This document shows positions 49,701 through 58,765 of a stretch of DNA of 64,000 bases, piece by piece (positions within the stretch are counted from its first letter, which is position 1; each line of letters begins with the position of its first letter). Under the pieces are notes generated by a model. That model was not told the origin of the DNA and made no database searches. It saw only the letters and a list, made by a program, of their open reading frames with translations. Origin of the DNA: Candidatus Binatia bacterium. GTDB lineage: Bacteria > Desulfobacterota > Binatia > HRBIN30. Both the position numbers and the translations under genes were made by a program. Location: positions 32,001 to 96,000 of the forward strand of contig JBBRSP010000012.1 in the NCBI GenBank assembly GCA_038245295.1. Direction: 5' to 3'.

Positions 49701-50035
49701 TCATCACGCTAGAAGACGAAACCGGCACAAGCAACGCGGCGGTGATGCCGAACGTGTTTCAAAGGTATCGCGCCACGATTCACACCGCGGCCATGCTGCT
49801 GATCGAAGGACCGCTGCAACAAAAGGATGGAGTCACACATGTGCTGGCACAGCGTCTGAGCGAGATTCATTTGCCACAACAACAGATCGCCCAGCGCGGC
49901 ATGGGTTATCGCATGCGCACCACGCCTCAGGACAATGAGCCAGCTCTGCAACCCCTCGACCCCCAACGCCCAACCTCCGACCCGGCGGCTCCTGTGGCCG
50001 CTTTCATCCCGCCCAAGTCGCACGACTTCCGCTGA
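46727..50035 (+). CDS. dnaE2: Error-prone DNA polymerase DnaE2
   Basis: PHP domain FSFLEGAS; QGRGSAANS, LFERF, PDIDID, PRHLGQHSGG, GFPESHA, RQRPGTAKG, terminal SHDFR. Confidence 0.97.
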   Translation: MKFIELHTRSAFSFLEGASLPEGLVGRAAELGYPALALSDRDGLYSAPRFHQAAKKAGVRAIIGCEVTLVDSHPSLAANRLVLLASNRKGYQNLSRLITQTKLRAAKGASSATWNDLEEHSEGLICITGDPLDHAVTRLRGYAVHEEVDRLTAYRLPILDRLRSLFPNRLYIELQRHLDPEEERRNRFLIDVATHYGLPLVATNDVRHALPQGRRLLDILTCIRGKTTLDAAGRLLLNNAERHLKSPAEMVRLFRDRPDAITNTLRIAEQCEFTLADLGYRFPDYPLPAGETPMGHLRELTDAGARGRYGTLNTRVKRQLEHELNIIGKLNLAGYFLIVWDIVEFCRRHGILAQGRGSAANSAVCYSLGITAVDPIGMELLFERFLSEERGEWPDIDIDLPSGDQRERVIQYVYQRYGERGAAMTANVITYRTRSAVREVGKTLGFSLEQVDKLSKLLRRFEFRDSDDDLAVQLREGGVDPQAPRVQLLVDMVQQIQNLPRHLGQHSGGMVIAAGRLDAVVPLEPASMPGRVVVQWDKDDCADLGIIKVDLLGLGMMAVLEETIPLIREHEGADIDLAHLPANDPKTYSMLQQADTIGVFQVESRAQMATLPRMKPTCFYDLVVEVAIIRPGPIVGQMVHPYLNRRNGREAVTYAHPDLEPILKRTLGVPLFQEQLLRMAMVLAGFTGGEAEELRRAMGFKRSTERMQQIEERLRSGMSKRGISGEAQDEIVRGITSFALYGFPESHAASFALLAYASAYLRAHHHAAFVCAMLNNWPMGFYHPATLVKDAQRHGVRVLPIDVMRSGWKCGLEKTPRRHGDTKELAVRLGLRYVTGLREDTARRIERERAGATFCSLPDVVHRCDLRDDEAQTLAHLGAFASLGPARREALWQVTAIPREPLFRGTTSAPPRLRGEESPLPEMSALDRTLADYKASGLTVGSHIVKHQREELNAAGVLRSVDLKNARDGRWVKIAGLVIVRQRPGTAKGMCFITLEDETGTSNAAVMPNVFQRYRATIHTAAMLLIEGPLQQKDGVTHVLAQRLSEIHLPQQQIAQRGMGYRMRTTPQDNEPALQPLDPQRPTSDPAAPVAAFIPPKSHDFR

Positions 50036-50275
50036 GCGGCCTGACAAAATGCCCAATCCCGGATCGCGCCGCTGCCCGGCGTCGGCGCGCGAGACTGGCC
50101 TCAACCGTATCTTGCGGCGCTTGACCGCAGCAATTGGATCATGGCAACGCTGCCATGCATGGGGGAGGGGGGCGCTTCTGAAACCACTGGGTGAGGGTTC
50201 AGTCATTGTCGTCATTATTGGCTACACAAGCGCATTGGGACCGGCGATCCAGCGGCAACCCGCCGAGGCAGGCTC

Positions 50276-50812
50276 GTGATCGTCGATAGAAAGCTTTCAC
50301 GAGATGAGATCGAGGGGGTGTGGACCATCGACCGCAGCGAAGTGATCGATGGCATCTATTCTCTCGTCGACGGAGCCCTATTCCTCAACCGCGTTCACCA
50401 CGAGGTCAAAGGCTGGCCGCCCGGCGAAGCCGAGAAGTATACGCCCATTCTGCAATCCTGCCTTGATCAAGGCGGCTGGGACTACGGTCTATTTGACGAC
50501 GCTACCCTGATCTCCGTGGTCGTCTTGGCGGGTCGCTTCATGGGCACGGATTCAGATCAACTCCAACTCGAGTTTCTGCATGTCAGCAACCGCTACCGGC
50601 ACCGGGGGCTCGGCCAACAACTCTTCGCGCTGGCCGCGGGCGAAGCGCGCAAGCGCGGTGCGAAGAGTCTCTACATCTCCGCCACTCCGTCCGAGCGCAC
50701 AATCAACTTCTATTTGCGCCTCGGATGTGTGCTCACACCGCAGCCCGACCCGGAGTTGTTCGAATTGGAGCCGGACGACATCCACCTTGAATATCAACTT
50801 GCGGTGGATTGA
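50276..50812 (+). CDS. GNAT family N-acetyltransferase
   Basis: LHVSNRYRHRGLG, LYISATPSERTINFY. Confidence 0.88.
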   Translation: MIVDRKLSRDEIEGVWTIDRSEVIDGIYSLVDGALFLNRVHHEVKGWPPGEAEKYTPILQSCLDQGGWDYGLFDDATLISVVVLAGRFMGTDSDQLQLEFLHVSNRYRHRGLGQQLFALAAGEARKRGAKSLYISATPSERTINFYLRLGCVLTPQPDPELFELEPDDIHLEYQLAVD

Positions 50813-50872
50813 CGGACAGACATGCCATGGTCCTTGACGGAAGCTATAAGGTAGGTCCATTGTAAGTCCGTC

Positions 50873-51121
50873 ATGAAGACACGACTCGTTCGTATCGGGA
50901 ACTCGCGCGGCGTGCGACTTCCAAAGCCGCTCATCGAACAGGCCGGCTTTACCGATGAAGTGGAGCTACAGCTGCGCGGGAACACAATCGTCATCGTGGC
51001 GAGCCCGGGGCCGCGCAGCGGGTGGGCCGAGGCTGCCCAGAAGCTACATGCCGAAGGCGGCGACCAATTGCTTGATCCACCGGCACCGACCCATTTCGAT
51101 GAAACCGATTGGAAATGGTAG
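50873..51121 (+). CDS. mazE: AbrB/MazE family antitoxin
   Basis: LVRIGNSRGVRLPK, PRSGW; overlaps the toxin start. Confidence 0.9.
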   Translation: MKTRLVRIGNSRGVRLPKPLIEQAGFTDEVELQLRGNTIVIVASPGPRSGWAEAAQKLHAEGGDQLLDPPAPTHFDETDWKW

Positions 51122-51450
51122 CCAAACGGACACCGCGGCGCGGCGAGGTATTTCTGGTAGCGCTTGATCCGACGCGCGGCAGCGAGATTCGTAAGACCCG
51201 CCCCTGCATCGTCGTGTCACCCGATGAGTTGAACGATTTTCTTCGCACAGTAGTTATTGTTCCACTCACAACGGCTGGACCGAAGTATCCGTTTCGCGTG
51301 CCGTGTCGTTTCGCAGGCAAGAGCGGCGACGTCGTCGTTGATCAAGCGCGCACGGTAGATCGCGAGCGCCTGGTGCGAAACCTCGGACGCTTGTCGCCAC
51401 CGACACTCGGACAAGTCCTTGCGACCCTTCAAGAGATGTTCGCGGCTTGA
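51115..51450 (+). CDS. mazF: PemK/MazF family endoribonuclease toxin
   Basis: RRGEVFLVALDPTRGSEIRKTRPCIVVSPD, DQARTVDRERL. Confidence 0.93.
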   Translation: MVAKRTPRRGEVFLVALDPTRGSEIRKTRPCIVVSPDELNDFLRTVVIVPLTTAGPKYPFRVPCRFAGKSGDVVVDQARTVDRERLVRNLGRLSPPTLGQVLATLQEMFAA

Positions 51451-51486
51451 ACATTTCGGGGACGGACGCATGCGCTCCCTTGTCGC

Positions 51487-52914
51487 TCACCCCTGAAAGC
51501 GCGCCGGATCGCTCCCGAGTGGCACCGGCGGCAAATCCCAGCACGGCGGCGTCTCACTCATGTGCAGCACCGGCCCGAGCCTGGTCAGCTTGCCCCAGGC
51601 CGTCTCCATTTCCATCTGATGGCGCCGCACTGCCGCGAAGTCGATACCGCTGGGTGAGGCGTCCAGCGCGACACGCGGCAATGACTCGATCCAAATGGCC
51701 GTGCGCGCGAGCGAAACACGAACATGCCAGCTGCCACCTTCGACGGCCCGCCTAGCAAGGGCTCGCATCACACCCAAGGCGCCGAGATAACCAGTGGTGT
51801 AGTCGAGCGCCGCAGCGGGAATGATCGACGCCGACTCTGTGCCGCCATGTTCATGAGCGAGGCCTGATACGGTCTGCGCCAATTGCTCCCATCCCGGGCG
51901 ATCGGCCCACGGTCCCGTATGACCGTAACAATTGATCGACACCACGATGACACCGGGGTGCCGTGTGGCGAGATCCTCCGGACCGAAGCCGCGCTGCGCC
52001 AGCGAGCCGCCTCGATAGCTCTGCGAGAACACGTCGGCCTGGCTCACCAGCACCCGCAGACGCTCGACATCCTCGCGGGCATCGAGGTCGAGGAAGCACG
52101 AACGTTTGCCGATGTTCGTATCGATGACGAACGGCTCGATCGACGGCAGGTGCGGACTGCGCACGTGCAACACCTCGGCGCCGTGTTCCGCCAGGGTACG
52201 GGCACAGGTTGGGCCAGCCAGGACACGAGTTACGTCGAGCACGCGCACGCCACTCAACGGACGGGCACCCAACGCATCAGCCCCCGGCCCGGGCACCGGC
52301 GTCGGTTCGGCTTCACCGATACGGATCAACTCGACAACCGGCACCCGCCCCGACGCCACGCCCTGAGGATGACGACGCCACTCCTCCGCCGCACGCAGCC
52401 GCGCGCCGCAGAGCCGACGCGCCGCGAGTGTGTCCTCGAGCTCGGCCGCATCGCGCCGCAACACCGCGGCCGTAATTGCACCGGCGTCTTCGGTGCAGTC
52501 GAGAACCTCGAGGGTTCCACGGTGCAGATGTGGAAAGCCGCCATGCAGGTGGACCCAACCACCGTCACGCGTGCGGTACAGACCAACGGTCGCGGGCGCG
52601 AGGCGATCGAGGCTCAGCCCCGACGCGCGCTGCCAAGCAAACGACAACAGCGCGGCCACAGTGGCTCGAACGTCCACGCTGATCTGTTGCGTAGAGCCGC
52701 CACGCGCCAGCCATAGGTCGTTGCTACTGACACCAACCGCAAGCAATGCCGCCGCCGCTGCTTCGCCAATCCTAAACGGCGTCGGCAATACCGGATCGCG
52801 CCCTTCACAAGCCAGGCGCGGGAGCGCGCCGGCATCCGCATCCCTGCCGGCAGCGCCAAGCAATGCGTCGCAAAATTTGACGACATCACCCTTCATATCC
52901 GCCGAATCACCCAC
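51487..52914 (-). CDS. Family III CoA transferase (CaiB/BaiF)
   Basis: PLSGVRVLDVTRVLAGP, GKRS, ADVFSQSYRGG, ALDYTTG. Confidence 0.9.
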   Translation of the reverse strand: MGDSADMKGDVVKFCDALLGAAGRDADAGALPRLACEGRDPVLPTPFRIGEAAAAALLAVGVSSNDLWLARGGSTQQISVDVRATVAALLSFAWQRASGLSLDRLAPATVGLYRTRDGGWVHLHGGFPHLHRGTLEVLDCTEDAGAITAAVLRRDAAELEDTLAARRLCGARLRAAEEWRRHPQGVASGRVPVVELIRIGEAEPTPVPGPGADALGARPLSGVRVLDVTRVLAGPTCARTLAEHGAEVLHVRSPHLPSIEPFVIDTNIGKRSCFLDLDAREDVERLRVLVSQADVFSQSYRGGSLAQRGFGPEDLATRHPGVIVVSINCYGHTGPWADRPGWEQLAQTVSGLAHEHGGTESASIIPAAALDYTTGYLGALGVMRALARRAVEGGSWHVRVSLARTAIWIESLPRVALDASPSGIDFAAVRRHQMEMETAWGKLTRLGPVLHMSETPPCWDLPPVPLGSDPARFQG

Positions 52915-53020
52915 GCGAAGGTCGTATCGCGTCGGCGCAATACCAACAACCAGGGAACGACGACATCCTGACCACGGAGACTCTGGATAGACTCACGCAG
53001 AAGTGTGGCCCGGTAAGGCA

Positions 53021-53158
53021 ACCGCGAGTGACGACGCGGAACGGCTGTACGAGCGTCAGGGCTTGGTGCGTGTCGGGGTAATCCCTGGGTATGCACTGTT
53101 GCCGCAAGGCGGCCGCTGCGACACGACAGTGTACTATCGCCAGCTGGCCTCAATCTGA
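53021..53158 (+). pseudogene. 3' fragment of a GNAT acetyltransferase
   Basis: Manual translation TASDDAERLYERQGLVRVGVIPGYALLPQGGRCDTTVYYRQLASI*; in-frame stop at 52988 upstream and no N-terminal half. Confidence 0.65.
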
Positions 53159-53285
53159 CGATAGCTCGAACGCCGAGACGTGGGGACGCGGAGCAAGAGT
53201 CCGGATTCACAGCTGCGTCCGAGCACAGGCCCTCGCGACGAACCCCTTGCAGGAGGAAGCAACACGGCGCAAAGAACCAACGATC

Positions 53286-53804
53286 ATGGATGACGTTGTT
53301 GCACTCGCTCTGGTCGCCGCCGTGGTCATAGCGACGGCAGGCATGTGCTGGCTGGCGTGGCGCTCTGGCCGCAGGGCTCGCACCAACATCCTCGCCGCTT
53401 CTGAGCGGTTCATGCAACGTCTCACGTCGCCCGACCTCGATGCCCTCGAGCGACACGTCGGACACGCTCTCCCCGCGAGTTTCCGCGCCCTTTATAACGA
53501 TCATAAGCTGATCATGAGTGACGACCTACTCGTTGGCATCGCCAATCCAATCGAAGACGACAGCGAATGCTTCGTCGCCTGGTTCTATCCGGGCGACATG
53601 GAAAATCTGGATCGGGCCTCGCCGGAATCCGACGGACTGTTCCCCTTCGCCAATAACGGCTCCGGCGATCAATTCCTCGTCGCTCTGTCGCAGGTGGATC
53701 CAGAGGTCATCTATCACTCGCACCAAAGCGGCGAGCGTCGAGGGCTCGGCGTCACCTTGTCGGCATTCCTGGCCGCACCACGGCGGACGGCTCCTGACGC
53801 GTGA
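53286..53804 (+). CDS. SMI1/KNR4-like protein with N-terminal TM helix
   Basis: DLDALERHVGHALPASFRALY, LFPFANNGSGD...DPEVIY. Confidence 0.7.
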   Translation: MDDVVALALVAAVVIATAGMCWLAWRSGRRARTNILAASERFMQRLTSPDLDALERHVGHALPASFRALYNDHKLIMSDDLLVGIANPIEDDSECFVAWFYPGDMENLDRASPESDGLFPFANNGSGDQFLVALSQVDPEVIYHSHQSGERRGLGVTLSAFLAAPRRTAPDA

Positions 53805-53857
53805 CTTGAAATCTCGAACTAGTCTTTGGTCGAGCTTCGTAGGAGATAGGAGGAGTG

Positions 53858-54907
53858 ATGACAGCGCGCCTGCGTCTAATCTTTGTCTTCGCGATATGCT
53901 CTGTCGCGCATCTCGGAAGCGGCGCGTCCGCAGCACCGGCGGCGCCATCGTTCACAGTCCGCTCGATCGCGCTCCCCGGCGCCCCGCCGGAAGGTGTGCT
54001 CATGGACTATCTCGCCTACGATCGAAACCGCCATCGAGTGTGGGTCCCGGCCGGCAATACGGGCAGTGTCGATGTCATCGATGCCGCCAAAGAGACCGTT
54101 ACGCGAATCGAAGGCTTTCACACCGCCGAGATTGAACGAGGCGGCAAGAAACGGATCGTCGGGCCGAGCTCGGCGACCGTCGGTGATAGCGTGGTGTATG
54201 TCGGCAATCGCGGCGACTCCAGCATCTGCGCCGTCGATGCGGACTCGCTGCGGCTGAGCGCTTGCGTCAAGCTCGACTCTTCGCCGGACGGCCTGGCGTA
54301 TGTCGCCTCGACACACGAGGTCTGGGTGACCATGCCACGCGACAAGTCGATTGGCGTGCTCGACACCTCTGTCGCCACCGCTCTGACATGGAAAACCAAG
54401 ATCAGTCTACCCGGCCAGCCCGAAGGCTTCGCCGTCGACGACGCACGCGGGCTCTTCTACACCAACCTTGAGGACGGTGATCGAACGCTGACGATCGATA
54501 TCAAAAGTCGCAAGGTCACAAGAACCTGGGAATCCGGCTGCGGCGAAGGTGGTCCGAAGGGTCTGGCGTTGGATCATGGGCTCGACTTCTTGTTGGTCGC
54601 CTGCCCCGACCGAGTCGAGGTGCTCGACGCCGGGCACGACGGCAAACGCCTTTCGAGTATCGAAGTCGGTGAAGGCGTCGACAACATCGACTACATCGAG
54701 CAACGTCACGAGCTATACGCGGCCGCCGCCGGCGCCGCCAAGCTGACCATCGTGCATCTCGCCCCGGAGGGTGGGCTGACGGCGATTGCCACGGTGGCCA
54801 CCGTGGCGGGAGCAAGGAACTCCGTGGCAACGGACGAAGGCACCGCCTACTTGACGGATGCGGCGGGTGGCAAGATTCTCATCGTCGCACCCGTCGTGTC
54901 GCCCTGA
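53858..54907 (+). CDS. Secreted YncE-like beta-propeller protein
   Basis: RBS AGGAGG; signal peptide; DYLAYD, PDGLAY, PEGFAVD, PKGLALD blades. Confidence 0.8.
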   Translation: MTARLRLIFVFAICSVAHLGSGASAAPAAPSFTVRSIALPGAPPEGVLMDYLAYDRNRHRVWVPAGNTGSVDVIDAAKETVTRIEGFHTAEIERGGKKRIVGPSSATVGDSVVYVGNRGDSSICAVDADSLRLSACVKLDSSPDGLAYVASTHEVWVTMPRDKSIGVLDTSVATALTWKTKISLPGQPEGFAVDDARGLFYTNLEDGDRTLTIDIKSRKVTRTWESGCGEGGPKGLALDHGLDFLLVACPDRVEVLDAGHDGKRLSSIEVGEGVDNIDYIEQRHELYAAAAGAAKLTIVHLAPEGGLTAIATVATVAGARNSVATDEGTAYLTDAAGGKILIVAPVVSP

Positions 54908-55010
54908 AAAAGGGGACAGGACCCGTTGTTTCCGTAACGCTTCACCAACATTTACAGGGGTCGATGAGCCAATTTACGGGGACAGGACCCCTTAGGAGGA
55001 CGGCGTCGCG

Positions 55011-55469
55011 ATGACGGACGAGATGCAGCGGGTAGTCGAACGGCAACGACTGGGGTTCGTCGCGACGGTCGGCGCCGATGGAACGCCCAATCTGTCACCC
55101 AAAGGCACCCTCTGCGTTCTCGACGACGAGCACCTGATGTTTGCCGACATCCGATCGCCGGGCACGGTGGCCAACCTGCGCATCAACCCGGCCATCGAGG
55201 TGAATGTCGTCGATCAGTTTGTGCGCAAGGGCTACCGCTTCAAGGGGCGCGCCGAGGTGATTGAAGAGGGGCCGGAGTTCAAGCGACTACTCGCTATCTT
55301 CGTGCAGCGTGGCGTCTTCGATGCACCACGCCGCATTCGGGCGATCGTCGTGCTCTGCGTCGAGCAGGTTCGTCCGCTGATCTCACCGGGCTACGACCGC
55401 GACACCAACGAGGAGTCGGTGCGGGCGCATTGGCGGCGCTATTTCCTCGGCGAAGGCAGGGAGCATTGA
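55011..55469 (+). CDS. Pyridoxamine 5'-phosphate oxidase family protein
   Basis: FVATVGADGTPNLSPKG, TVANLRINP, RKGYRFKG. Confidence 0.88.
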   Translation: MTDEMQRVVERQRLGFVATVGADGTPNLSPKGTLCVLDDEHLMFADIRSPGTVANLRINPAIEVNVVDQFVRKGYRFKGRAEVIEEGPEFKRLLAIFVQRGVFDAPRRIRAIVVLCVEQVRPLISPGYDRDTNEESVRAHWRRYFLGEGREH

Positions 55470-55503
55470 GGCCGAAGACCACAACGGATGGGGAAAGATA
55501 CCA

Positions 55504-55695
55504 TTGAGGAGAGATGACGTTCGAAGGAATGAGCGCCGACGAGGCGCGTGCGTTTGCGGGCATGCGTCGATTCCGGTGGGCGACCAACGCATCGAGGTGG
55601 ATGGAGTCTGCAGCGTGCAACTACGCGATGGGCTCATCTATGCCAACCAGGTCTTCTTCGATCGCGCCGAGTTGCTGCGCGCGCTGCCTTTCTAG
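55504..55695 (+). pseudogene. Possible 3' remnant of a SnoaL/NTF2-like protein
   Basis: RIEVDGVCSVQLRDGLIYANQVFFDR resembles the SnoaL C-terminus; the N-terminal part does not look genuine. Confidence 0.4.
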
Positions 55696-55701
55696 AGCCA
55701 G

Positions 55702-56244
55702 ATGTCGGCGGAGACACTGCAAGTCGTCCCCTACGATCGCCGCTGGCCGGAACAATTCGAGGCCGAGCGACGGCGACTCGCAACCGCGCTCGGTGCCATC
55801 GCGGTTCGCATTGATCACAACGGGTCGACTTCGGTGCCTGGCCTCGCCGCCAAGCCGATCATCGATATCCAGATCTCGGTGACACAGGTGCAGGCGTTGG
55901 AAACCTTCGCCACGCCGTTGCGGCAACTTGGCTACACCCATGTGCCGCACCCCGACGACGCGTTCTGCCCTTTCTTTCACCGGCCGGCGACATGGCCGCA
56001 CACGCATCACGTCCACGTCGCCGAACGCGGCGGTAGCGAAGAACGACGCACTCTGGCCTTCCGTGATTACTTGCGTATCCATCCAAAAGCGCGGCATGAG
56101 TATGCTGCGCTCAAGCTAAATCTGGCGCCGCAGTTCAGTGCCACGACATTCGGCGAGCGCCAGGCGTACGCCGATGCGAAGACCGGGCTCATCGAGCAGT
56201 TCATCGCGCGGGCACTCGAGGAAGGATTACCGCATGATCTCTAG
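55702..56244 (+). CDS. GrpB (UPF0157) family protein
   Basis: VVPYDRRWP, IDHNGSTSVPGLAAKPIIDI, FRDYLR, YADAK. Confidence 0.92.
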   Translation: MSAETLQVVPYDRRWPEQFEAERRRLATALGAIAVRIDHNGSTSVPGLAAKPIIDIQISVTQVQALETFATPLRQLGYTHVPHPDDAFCPFFHRPATWPHTHHVHVAERGGSEERRTLAFRDYLRIHPKARHEYAALKLNLAPQFSATTFGERQAYADAKTGLIEQFIARALEEGLPHDL

Positions 56245-56701
56245 GAAGCGGACCTGGTCATTTGGCCCGCCGCTGCTCTTCGCCCTGTTGGCCGGCTGCG
56301 GCGCGACTCGGCCGAGCACACTCGGCTTGCGCGAGGGGCGCTTGGCGCCCTGCCCCGCGTCGCCAAACTGCGTCGCCAGCGACGCCGCGGATGCCACCCA
56401 TTCGATCGCGCCGTTTGCTCCGACAATCTCGGCGGGCGACGCTTGGCGCATCGCCCACAACGCCGTCGCCAGTCTGTCGCGCACTACGATCATCAACGAC
56501 ACCGGCAGTTATCTACATGCCGAGTGCACAAGCCCCATCCTCGGATTCGTCGACGACCTCGAGTTGGCATTGGACGGCAGCGGCAACATCATCGCGGTGC
56601 GCTCGGCGTCGCGCGTCGGCTACAGCGACTTGGGCGTCAACCGCACGCGGGTCGAGACGCTACGGCGCACCCTCGCCGACCAGGGCTTGTTCTCGCGATG
56701 A
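56234..56701 (+). CDS. DUF1499 family lipoprotein
   Basis: Lipobox LLAGC; CPASPNCVAS, FVDDLE, RSASRVGYSDLGVNR. Confidence 0.9.
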   Translation: MISRKRTWSFGPPLLFALLAGCGATRPSTLGLREGRLAPCPASPNCVASDAADATHSIAPFAPTISAGDAWRIAHNAVASLSRTTIINDTGSYLHAECTSPILGFVDDLELALDGSGNIIAVRSASRVGYSDLGVNRTRVETLRRTLADQGLFSR

Positions 56702-57087
56702 GCGGCAACATGACTTACCGCGGCTCTTGCCACTGCGGCCGCGTCCGCTTCGAGGTGGATCTCGACCTGGACCACGTGCGCTCGTGTGACTGCTCGATCT
56801 GCCGGCGACGCGGCGCGCTGATTCATCGGGTCGAGGCCGACCAATTGCGCATGCTCACACCGCTTGCGGACCTGACGCTCTATCAGTGGCACACTCGCAC
56901 GGCGGAGGATTACTTCTGCCCGACTTGCGGCATTTTGCCGTTTCGGCGACCGCGCCACCGGACTGTGAAAGAAATCACCGGGGGTGTGGCTGACTTTTCC
57001 GGGTGGGGGATCAATGTACGATGCTTGGAGGGCGTCGACATTGAAGCCATCCCAGTAAAGCGCGTGTACGCGAGCCAGCTCGACTAG
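56698..57087 (+). CDS. GFA family protein
   Basis: GSCHCG, CDCSIC, FCPTCG, INVRCL. Confidence 0.9.
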   Translation: MSGNMTYRGSCHCGRVRFEVDLDLDHVRSCDCSICRRRGALIHRVEADQLRMLTPLADLTLYQWHTRTAEDYFCPTCGILPFRRPRHRTVKEITGGVADFSGWGINVRCLEGVDIEAIPVKRVYASQLD

Positions 57088-57374
57088 CTGGGCCGACATG
57101 GGCCACGGGAAGTCCGGACCACTCCCTGCGCCTACCGACGAAAAACCCTTTTGTTTTCAGGGGGCATCCATCGAAATCTCCGAAAAACGTTGAGTTTGGG
57201 TACGTAGGGTAAGTCATCTCGGTCGTCGGGAGGCGATCCTGGGGCTTCCTGGTGCGTTGCAGCGCCCGCCATTCGCCGGGGATTTTCGATATTATCCGAC
57301 CCGCTGGCTGCACCCGAACTCTAAAAAGGGGCCTGTCCCCTTAAAAGCTCGTTCCCTCCTTTCGCCACACGAAC

Positions 57375-58580
57375 CTAACGCATCTCGGGCGGCGTCTGCT
57401 CCAGAATCACTCCCTCCGCAACCAGCGTCGTCACCGTGCGCGGCGCGATACGCGCGATGTTGGCGCGGACCCAGTTGAACCAACCGGAGATGACCGAAGG
57501 CTGCTGGCCGAGGCGTTCGAACGCCAGGTTCACAACATTGATCGTCGGCTCACCGGTGCCGCGTGTCTCGCCGGCAACTTCACGGAACTCCGACACGGTC
57601 GGCCCCGGTTCCAACACGAGCACATCAACCCCGGTACCGCGTAGTTCGGCCCACACGGCTTCGCCGAAGAGTAGATCAAACGCCTTGCTGGCAGCGTAGA
57701 TCGCATGACGTGGTAGCGGTTGGCGGCCGGCAACCGACCCGAGAACCACCATGGCGCCGCGGGCCCGCTGACGCATGCCAGGCAGCAGGCGACTCGCCAG
57801 GACGACGGGGGCAACGCAGTTCACCTGAACCATGTCCCGCAACCGTGCCGTCTCCTGCAGGTCGAAGCGCCCGGCGTAGCCGAAGCCCGCGTTGTTGATG
57901 AAGACATCGATCGACAGGTCGCCGATCCCATTCATCAAGACATCACAACCGGCCGGGTCGGCAAGATCGGCGGCCACCACACGCGTCGCCACCTGGTACT
58001 GCTTCTCGAGCTCGCCCGCCAAGGTGCGCAGACGATCCTCACGACGTGCCGTCAGGACAACCGACATGCCCTCACGAGCGAGAGCGCGCGCGAACTCCTC
58101 GCCAATACCGGCGGAGGCACCGGTGACCAGCGCCCACTCGCCGTAACGCTCACCCATCGGAGCACGCTTCTTCCCAAAACTTTCGCGCGCATTCCACAGA
58201 CCCAGTGTGAGGGCGCCGAATGGAATGAGCGACAACAATCCGACCACCCAGCCGCGCAAGCCGCCGACGTAGACGATATTCCACACCAGCATCCCGAACG
58301 TCACCTGCGCCGCGTAAAGCGCCGCCCACGGATACATCCAACGGCTCATGCGCCAGAAGCCATACGCCCCCGCGGTATAAATCGCCCAGTGCAACGGCTC
58401 GGTGAGCTTGGCACCCCAGCCGCGTAGGAGCAGTCCAAACCACGCCTCCTGATCGACAGCCACCGGTTTGATGAACAAGTCATAGGGCATGTGGATGAAC
58501 GTCATGTAGGCACAGAAGATCATCAACAGATTCATCCACCACGGTCGTTGCCGCAGTCGTTCGCGTAGCCAGTCGTCCAT
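57375..58580 (-). CDS. SDR oxidoreductase with an N-terminal multi-TM domain
   Basis: About 135-aa hydrophobic N-terminus, then TGASAGIG, NNAG, YAASK. Confidence 0.88.
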   Translation of the reverse strand: MDDWLRERLRQRPWWMNLLMIFCAYMTFIHMPYDLFIKPVAVDQEAWFGLLLRGWGAKLTEPLHWAIYTAGAYGFWRMSRWMYPWAALYAAQVTFGMLVWNIVYVGGLRGWVVGLLSLIPFGALTLGLWNARESFGKKRAPMGERYGEWALVTGASAGIGEEFARALAREGMSVVLTARREDRLRTLAGELEKQYQVATRVVAADLADPAGCDVLMNGIGDLSIDVFINNAGFGYAGRFDLQETARLRDMVQVNCVAPVVLASRLLPGMRQRARGAMVVLGSVAGRQPLPRHAIYAASKAFDLLFGEAVWAELRGTGVDVLVLEPGPTVSEFREVAGETRGTGEPTINVVNLAFERLGQQPSVISGWFNWVRANIARIAPRTVTTLVAEGVILEQTPPEMR

Positions 58581-58765
58581 GGAAGAACCTCCTCTACAAG
58601 TTCATCAGGTTTCGCAAACGGTATCCTTCCATGTGCAGCGACGCGGGGGAAGGCGCCTCGGTTGGTTCCAGCTTGGGCGGCGTGAGGGCACACCGACTCC
58701 GTTCTCACGGCCCCGACGGAGTCGGGCTGCCCTCAGCCCACGGGCTTTGGTAGGACTCATCGGCT

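Noticed and set aside
50036..57087. Integron cassette array
   Set aside because: No integron integrase and no convincing RYYYAAC...GTTRRRY attC sites found by eye; several genes overlap operon-style.
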